A DNA stretch of 64,000 bases from Candidatus Dojkabacteria bacterium (GTDB lineage: Bacteria > Patescibacteriota > Dojkabacteria > JAOAGR01), in contig AP026679.1 of NCBI GenBank assembly GCA_025999155.1, positions 85,776 to 149,775 of the forward strand, read 5' to 3'. Shown here piece by piece: positions 58,855 through 64,000 of this stretch. The position numbers and the translations under genes were made by a program. A model generated the notes under the pieces. It was not told the DNA's origin, did not search any database, and saw only the letters and a list, made by a program, of their open reading frames with translations. The number at the start of each line of letters is the position of its first letter. Positions within the stretch are counted from its first letter, which is position 1.

Positions 58855-59258
58855 TCGAAGCTGTCGATATAATCAAAGCCTGGGCTAGGGACAATCTTTG
58901 TGAAATAGTGCTTTTTGGCAGTTATGCCCGTGGAGAACAAAAAAAATACTCATCCATTGATATACTCGTCATTCTCACGGAATCACAAGAAGATTTTATC
59001 CAACGTAAAACTGCTCTGGAGAAAATTTTAAATTCTTCAGGAGCCATTCCATTAATCGACACACTTGTTTACACAGAGGATGAAATCAAGGATTTAATAA
59101 AAAAGAAAGAGAGCTTTATTGTATCTGTATTGGAAGAAGGATGTGTGATATGTAATGGCAAGGATAATATAGAGATTCAAAAGATTAACACATTGCCACA
59201 CATTATCCATTCAAAATATTTTGACCTCCTACCGAGCTTAAATGAAGTTGACGTGTAG
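58797..59258 (+). CDS. Minimal nucleotidyltransferase (MNT, Pol-beta superfamily) partner of the HEPN protein. 58-nt overlap with the upstream gene as annotated.
   Basis: IVLFGSYARGEQKKYSSIDILVIL: GS-x9-13-DxD NTase signature. Confidence 0.75.
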   Translation: MYKSSENHIKLNQRDIERLVEAVDIIKAWARDNLCEIVLFGSYARGEQKKYSSIDILVILTESQEDFIQRKTALEKILNSSGAIPLIDTLVYTEDEIKDLIKKKESFIVSVLEEGCVICNGKDNIEIQKINTLPHIIHSKYFDLLPSLNEVDV

Positions 59259-59287
59259 TGATAATTCTGGTGAAATAACATAGTATT

Positions 59288-59980
59288 ATGGAGAACCTAA
59301 AAAACATAAAAAACTATTTGAAACATCCTGCGGTAATTACTCTCATTGCATTGTTAGCATCGGTTGCTGCAATATTCGGTATTATCCAGATACTTCCCGA
59401 AAACAATACATCACAGGCAGAAAGAGTAGAGAGATTTTGGGGTAATCCTGAAGCTAGTGTTGTGATAGAGTATTATGGTGATTTAGAATGCCCCGCTTGT
59501 AAAGCTTTTTGGTTTGATACAGAAAAACGGCTTAAAGAAACATATTCCGATAAGATAAAGTTCATATTTAAACATTTGCCTTTACCGATACACGCTAGAG
59601 CAGATGATGCAGCAGAGGCGGCTGAAGCAGCTGGAGCCCAAGGCAAGTTTTTTGAATATGTAGAAATTTTATATTCTAAACAATCAAGCGAAGAAGTACA
59701 AAAATGGAATGTAAATACCTTTGTAGAATATGCTAAAGAAGTAGGAATAAGTGATATTGAGAAATTCAAAAAAGAACTTGAAGATAAATATTACAGAAAC
59801 GTAATAAATGAATATAAAAGGGAAGCAAAAGAAAAGAACATCATGGCAACGCCAACCGTATATGTTAATGGCAAACAGATAACTAATCCAACTTTTGAAA
59901 ATATAGAGAAGGCAATTTTGGAATCTTTGGGAAATACTGTAACTCCATCACCATCTGAAGAGCCACAGTCACAAAACTAG
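59288..59980 (+). CDS. DsbA/thioredoxin-fold thiol:disulfide oxidoreductase, membrane-anchored.
   Basis: N-terminal TM. CPACKAFW active-site CxxC. Helical insertion then thioredoxin C-terminal half (ATPTVYVNG). Confidence 0.75.
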   Translation: MENLKNIKNYLKHPAVITLIALLASVAAIFGIIQILPENNTSQAERVERFWGNPEASVVIEYYGDLECPACKAFWFDTEKRLKETYSDKIKFIFKHLPLPIHARADDAAEAAEAAGAQGKFFEYVEILYSKQSSEEVQKWNVNTFVEYAKEVGISDIEKFKKELEDKYYRNVINEYKREAKEKNIMATPTVYVNGKQITNPTFENIEKAILESLGNTVTPSPSEEPQSQN

Positions 59981-60049
59981 ACTCCCAAAGAGGTAAGCAT
60001 ATAGTTTTTATCACATGTTTATTTTATATTAATTTAATATAATAAAAGT

Positions 60050-61057
60050 ATGAACATTTTTATAACAGGAGGAGCAGGCTACATAGGCTCACATACCGTG
60101 CTTGAAGCCTTACGAAGAAACCATCGAGTATTTGTATTTGACTCTTTGGAAAGAGGTTATCGTGAGGCTCTTGACCGAGTACAAACCTTAGCAAATCGAC
60201 AAATTATTTTTATACAAGGTGATCTACGAAATAGAGAAGATATTGCTGATGCATTGAAGGATACCAAACCGGAGATAGTCATACATTTTGCTGCATATAA
60301 ATCAGTAAGTGAAGGTGAAAAAGAACCGGAAAAGTACTATAGGAGCAATGTTGAGGCTACTGTAATACTTATGGAAGAAATGATAAAACAGAATATACGT
60401 AAAATCATATTCTCTTCGAGTGCCGCAACGTACGGTATCCTCGATCGAATGCCTATTACAGAACAATCACCAACAAACCCTATTAGCGTCTATGGTAAAA
60501 CAAAGCTTGAGATGGAGAAGGTAATCAACAGTTTTACGAAAGATTATGGATTAGAAGCGGTGGCGTTTCGATACTTTAATGCAGTAGGAGCAGATGAAAG
60601 CGGAGAAATCGGGGAAGATCCTCGACACACTACTAACCTTATACCCCTAGTAATGCACACCCTAGTAGGTAAAAGAGAAAAAGTATATCTATTCGGGGAT
60701 AAATTTGATACAGCCGATGGTACACAAGAAAGAGATTACATACATGTATCTGACCTAGCAACAGCACATCTAGATGCAGCTGAAAAAAGTTTTAATCGAG
60801 GAGAAATGATGATTTTGAATCTGTCTACGGGCCAGAAAACTAGTTGTCTGGAAATCTTCAGGTTAGCGCAGGAAATTAGCGGAAAAACATTAAATTACGA
60901 AGTAGTTGGACCTCGTCAAGGCGATCCAGTAACCCTATATGCTGATAATTCAAAAGCTAAATATATTCTTGGATGGAAACCTCGAAGGGACATAAAAAAA
61001 TCAATACAGGATCAATGGCGATGGACTTCGAAATATCCCAATGGATATAGTTACTAA
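60050..61057 (+). CDS. galE: UDP-glucose 4-epimerase (SDR, GalE-like).
   Basis: MNIFITGGAGYIGSHTV Rossmann. YGKTKLEMEKV catalytic YxxxK. 335 aa. Confidence 0.8.
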   Translation: MNIFITGGAGYIGSHTVLEALRRNHRVFVFDSLERGYREALDRVQTLANRQIIFIQGDLRNREDIADALKDTKPEIVIHFAAYKSVSEGEKEPEKYYRSNVEATVILMEEMIKQNIRKIIFSSSAATYGILDRMPITEQSPTNPISVYGKTKLEMEKVINSFTKDYGLEAVAFRYFNAVGADESGEIGEDPRHTTNLIPLVMHTLVGKREKVYLFGDKFDTADGTQERDYIHVSDLATAHLDAAEKSFNRGEMMILNLSTGQKTSCLEIFRLAQEISGKTLNYEVVGPRQGDPVTLYADNSKAKYILGWKPRRDIKKSIQDQWRWTSKYPNGYSY

Positions 61058-61859
61058 AGTATTGACGTCTATGTTGGCAAGTCTAAAAAAGCGAAATACT
61101 ATTGACCTGATCTGGATATTGTGGCGTACGGATTTTAAACTCAAATATAATGATTCAATATTGGGTTTTATATGGGTGCTTATAAAACCTTTTAGTATTT
61201 TTCTTATTTTATATCTGGTTTTAACGAATATATTCCCGTTTCAAGAGGAACATTTCGTCATCTACCTACTGATAGGAAATGTATTTATCTCTTTTTGGAC
61301 GGAGGGTACCAACTTAGGATTAGACTCGCTATTAAGTAGAGCTGGATTAATAACAAAAGTCAACTTTCCAAGGTACACTGTACTTATATCATCGACTTCG
61401 ATAGCTCTTGTTAATTTTCTGATTAACACAATTATTGTTTTTATATTCGTATTCGTTAATGGGCTAAGACCAAGCTTAATGGATGTATTTTGGTACTTTC
61501 TATGTTCAGGAATTCTTTATATGCTTATTATTACAGTTTCTATGTTTCTGAGTATACTGTATGTTAGATTTCGCGACCTCAAACAAATATGGGAGCTATT
61601 TAATCAATTACTTTTCTGGATGACGCCTGTGTTTTATTCATATGAAGCACTTGCATCAAAAAATGAAATCTTTGGATTGATTCTATATTGGCTAAATCCC
61701 GTCTCAGTACTGTTAATTAGCGCCCGTGAAGCAATCATGGAAAACAATATAACTTTACAGCTAAATGTATTAGCTGTTATGTCCTTATTTTTAGTACTAT
61801 TTTATATTGGTTATAATTTCTATAAGAAACAAATAAAGAAAATCGCGGAGTATTTTTAA
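61041..61859 (+). CDS. ABC-2-type polysaccharide/teichoic-acid exporter permease (Wzm/TagG-like).
   Basis: 6 TM. ABC-2 family pattern. Precedes the Wzt/TagH-like ATPase. Confidence 0.7.
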   Translation: MDIVTKVLTSMLASLKKRNTIDLIWILWRTDFKLKYNDSILGFIWVLIKPFSIFLILYLVLTNIFPFQEEHFVIYLLIGNVFISFWTEGTNLGLDSLLSRAGLITKVNFPRYTVLISSTSIALVNFLINTIIVFIFVFVNGLRPSLMDVFWYFLCSGILYMLIITVSMFLSILYVRFRDLKQIWELFNQLLFWMTPVFYSYEALASKNEIFGLILYWLNPVSVLLISAREAIMENNITLQLNVLAVMSLFLVLFYIGYNFYKKQIKKIAEYF

Positions 61860-61877
61860 AAATATTGTACATACACA

Positions 61878-62633
61878 ATGGAAGCATCTGTAGTTTTAAA
61901 AGCTGTAAATATTAGTAAGTCGTTTCCGGCATTACGACCTAAACACGATCAGTTAAGGGCATACTTTTGGAATATTTTTTCTTTAAGGGCAATGAAAGAA
62001 GAGAGAGCTCTCTCAAAACAAAGATTTTGGGCTTTAGAAGATATAAACTTTGAAGTTAGAAAAGGACATTTTTTTAGTATCATAGGGAAAAATGGAGCAG
62101 GAAAGAGTACGCTGCTTAAAATCATTGCAGGTATATATGAACCTGATACAGGATACATACAAACACAAGGCCATATTATTCCCTTCCTTGAGCTTGGTGT
62201 AGGCTTTAATCCTCAGTTGACTGCTCGTGAAAATATCTATCTAAATGGAATTATCATGGGAATGACAAAAAAGGAAATTGATGAAAAATATGAAGCAATT
62301 TTAGAATTTGCAGAATTAAAAGAGTTTGAATATGTACAACTCAAAAATTTCTCAAGCGGTATGCAGGTACGTTTAGCCTTTGCAGTCGCCTCTCAAGCAC
62401 AAGGTGACATTTATCTCTTAGATGAAGTTTTTGCTGTTGGAGACATAAGTTTTCAGAAAAAAGCTCTAAAAGTAATTGAAGGCATGATTGCACAAGGTAA
62501 AACTTTTATTTACGTGGGACATAACATGGAGACTGTGCGTAAATATTCAACCAATGTACTTTACCTTAAAGACCACAAAGTGGAAGGCATAGGGCGCAAT
62601 ATGATAGACAAGTACATTAGTGATATGACCTGA
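61878..62633 (+). CDS. ABC transporter ATP-binding protein (Wzt/TagH-like) of the polysaccharide exporter.
   Basis: Walker A GKNGAGKSTLLKII. Signature FSSGMQVRL. Walker B IYLLDEVFAVGD. Confidence 0.85.
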   Translation: MEASVVLKAVNISKSFPALRPKHDQLRAYFWNIFSLRAMKEERALSKQRFWALEDINFEVRKGHFFSIIGKNGAGKSTLLKIIAGIYEPDTGYIQTQGHIIPFLELGVGFNPQLTARENIYLNGIIMGMTKKEIDEKYEAILEFAELKEFEYVQLKNFSSGMQVRLAFAVASQAQGDIYLLDEVFAVGDISFQKKALKVIEGMIAQGKTFIYVGHNMETVRKYSTNVLYLKDHKVEGIGRNMIDKYISDMT

Positions 62634-62797
62634 AATCCAACGCAACACATTATAAAATTTATAAAGTTAAATACTGGGAAAAATTTCATAACTTTCTGTA
62701 GATTGTTATAACTTACAATTTTGATAAAAAACATTGAAAAATCCGACCCAGCTATAAACCTAAATCTTCAAAGGGAAGGAATCTGATACCGTCATCT

Positions 62798-64000
62798 TTA
62801 TATAATCTTTTTCACATCAAAGTTCAAAAAGAACATGCCGTTTTCCATTATTAAATTTGGATTCCAGTATTTATCCTGAGTTAAATAATCTTTCCATCTT
62901 TTCAGCATATATTCTTGTTCTCTATTAAGCCTTGCCATTTTCTCTGGAGTATCTTCATATCCTCTTGACAATGACTCGTAATGATATAATCGCGCAAAGG
63001 GTGTATATACATTTCTATATCCTGCCTCTTGTGCTTTTAGACACAAATCTACATCGTTAAAAGCTACAGGCAAATTTACTTCATCAAAACCCCCTAACTT
63101 TTCAAATAAACTTTGTTTTATCATCAGACACGCTCCTGTCACTGCAGATACATTATTGATAATTTGTATTCGACTTAGATATCCTTCGTTCATCATATCA
63201 AACCTATAAAATGTATGTTCCGCTACTCTATCGATATAAATGTGTACTCCTGCATGTTGAATAGTATTATCTGGAAATATTAATTTTGCTCCTACAGCTG
63301 CTATTTCGTCTTCTTGAGCCAATTGTAGCATTTCATACAGCCATTCTGGATTTATTACCTCCGTATCATTATTGAGAAAAAGTAAATAATCTCCATCAGC
63401 GTGTTGTACCGCATAATTATTTATAGCAGAATAATTAAAAGGTTTGGTGTATTGTAATACTTTGTGTCTCTTCGCTAAATGTTCAAAATATCTCAAACTC
63501 TCCGGTTGTACCGAATTATTATCTACTAGTATAATTTCGTAATTAAACCCGTCGGTAACAGTCTTTTTTTCAACACTTTCTATACACCTTTTGACATATT
63601 TTAATAAGTCTTTGGTAGGTATTATGATAGAGACTTTTGGATTGTTTCTAATTTTTCTTTTGATATGAAAGCTAGGAGGAGTTAACCCATCTTCCAGAAT
63701 TGCTTCCATCCGTCTTCTCTTGATCGTATCCTCCAATGCCTTACGTGCTGCTAAGCGTGCATAAGGTTTAGCATTATAATTTTCTGCGGTAGAACCAGGT
63801 ACCCTTCGCCAATGATACAAAATCATCGGAATATGATAAATCCGATCAACTGTAGTCTTTTCACTAAAACGTAGTACCAAATCATAATCCTGAGATCCTT
63901 CGTAGCCTTTTCTAAACCCTCCAATACTTCGTACTATTTCAGTTCGAAACAAACCTCTAGTAGCAAACATCATAGAAAGTATAGTTTCAGGAGACCAATC
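62798..64000 (-). CDS. Family 2 glycosyltransferase, probably multi-domain. The N-terminus runs off the window edge and the reading frame is open to position 64000.
   Basis: VSIIIPTKDLLKYVKRCIESV...ILVDNNS (GT-A DxD region). The frame continues upstream of the annotated Met to the window boundary. Confidence 0.7.
   Translation of the reverse strand, partial: DWSPETILSMMFATRGLFRTEIVRSIGGFRKGYEGSQDYDLVLRFSEKTTVDRIYHIPMILYHWRRVPGSTAENYNAKPYARLAARKALEDTIKRRRMEAILEDGLTPPSFHIKRKIRNNPKVSIIIPTKDLLKYVKRCIESVEKKTVTDGFNYEIILVDNNSVQPESLRYFEHLAKRHKVLQYTKPFNYSAINNYAVQHADGDYLLFLNNDTEVINPEWLYEMLQLAQEDEIAAVGAKLIFPDNTIQHAGVHIYIDRVAEHTFYRFDMMNEGYLSRIQIINNVSAVTGACLMIKQSLFEKLGGFDEVNLPVAFNDVDLCLKAQEAGYRNVYTPFARLYHYESLSRGYEDTPEKMARLNREQEYMLKRWKDYLTQDKYWNPNLIMENGMFFLNFDVKKII

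Overview
The window is AT-rich bacterial chromosome (roughly one-third GC by eye) that uses the standard genetic code. TGA acts as a stop for ftsQ (2104-2106) and nusA (44212-44214), so it is not a UGA-recoded lineage. Gene content and style fit a reduced-genome, Gram-positive-like or candidate-phyla (Saccharibacteria-like) organism: tight operons, ATGA/GTGA start-stop overlaps, eukaryote-type IleRS, and an LPxT-anchored giant surface protein. The core backbone is dnaJ-ftsQ-ftsA-ftsZ-rnc, rpmE-prfA, hup, ileS, rplY, rpoB-rpoC-rpsL, hisS, nusA-ylxR-recF-prmC-pyk-rplU-rpmA, uvrC, and galE plus an ABC-2 exporter. Five tRNAs read off the sequence: Lys-TTT, Arg-TCT, Ser-TGA, Leu-CAG and Lys-CTT. 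Accessory content, in window order: (1) a tRNA-bracketed mini-locus with an XRE regulator and a hyper-acidic zinc-ribbon protein; (2) a diverged, compositionally atypical dGTPase-like HD protein on its own; (3) a decayed Mrr type IV restriction pseudogene next to tRNA-Ser, followed by a 1354-aa cysteine-rich, twin-domain, cell-wall-anchored surface protein of higher GC; (4) a copper-homeostasis island (csoR, an HMA/DsbD-like/cupredoxin membrane protein, copA) bounded by a GC-rich structured non-coding element on one side and two tRNAs on the other; (5) a HEPN/minimal-nucleotidyltransferase toxin-antitoxin-like pair. No CRISPR array, rRNA or intact transposase was seen.
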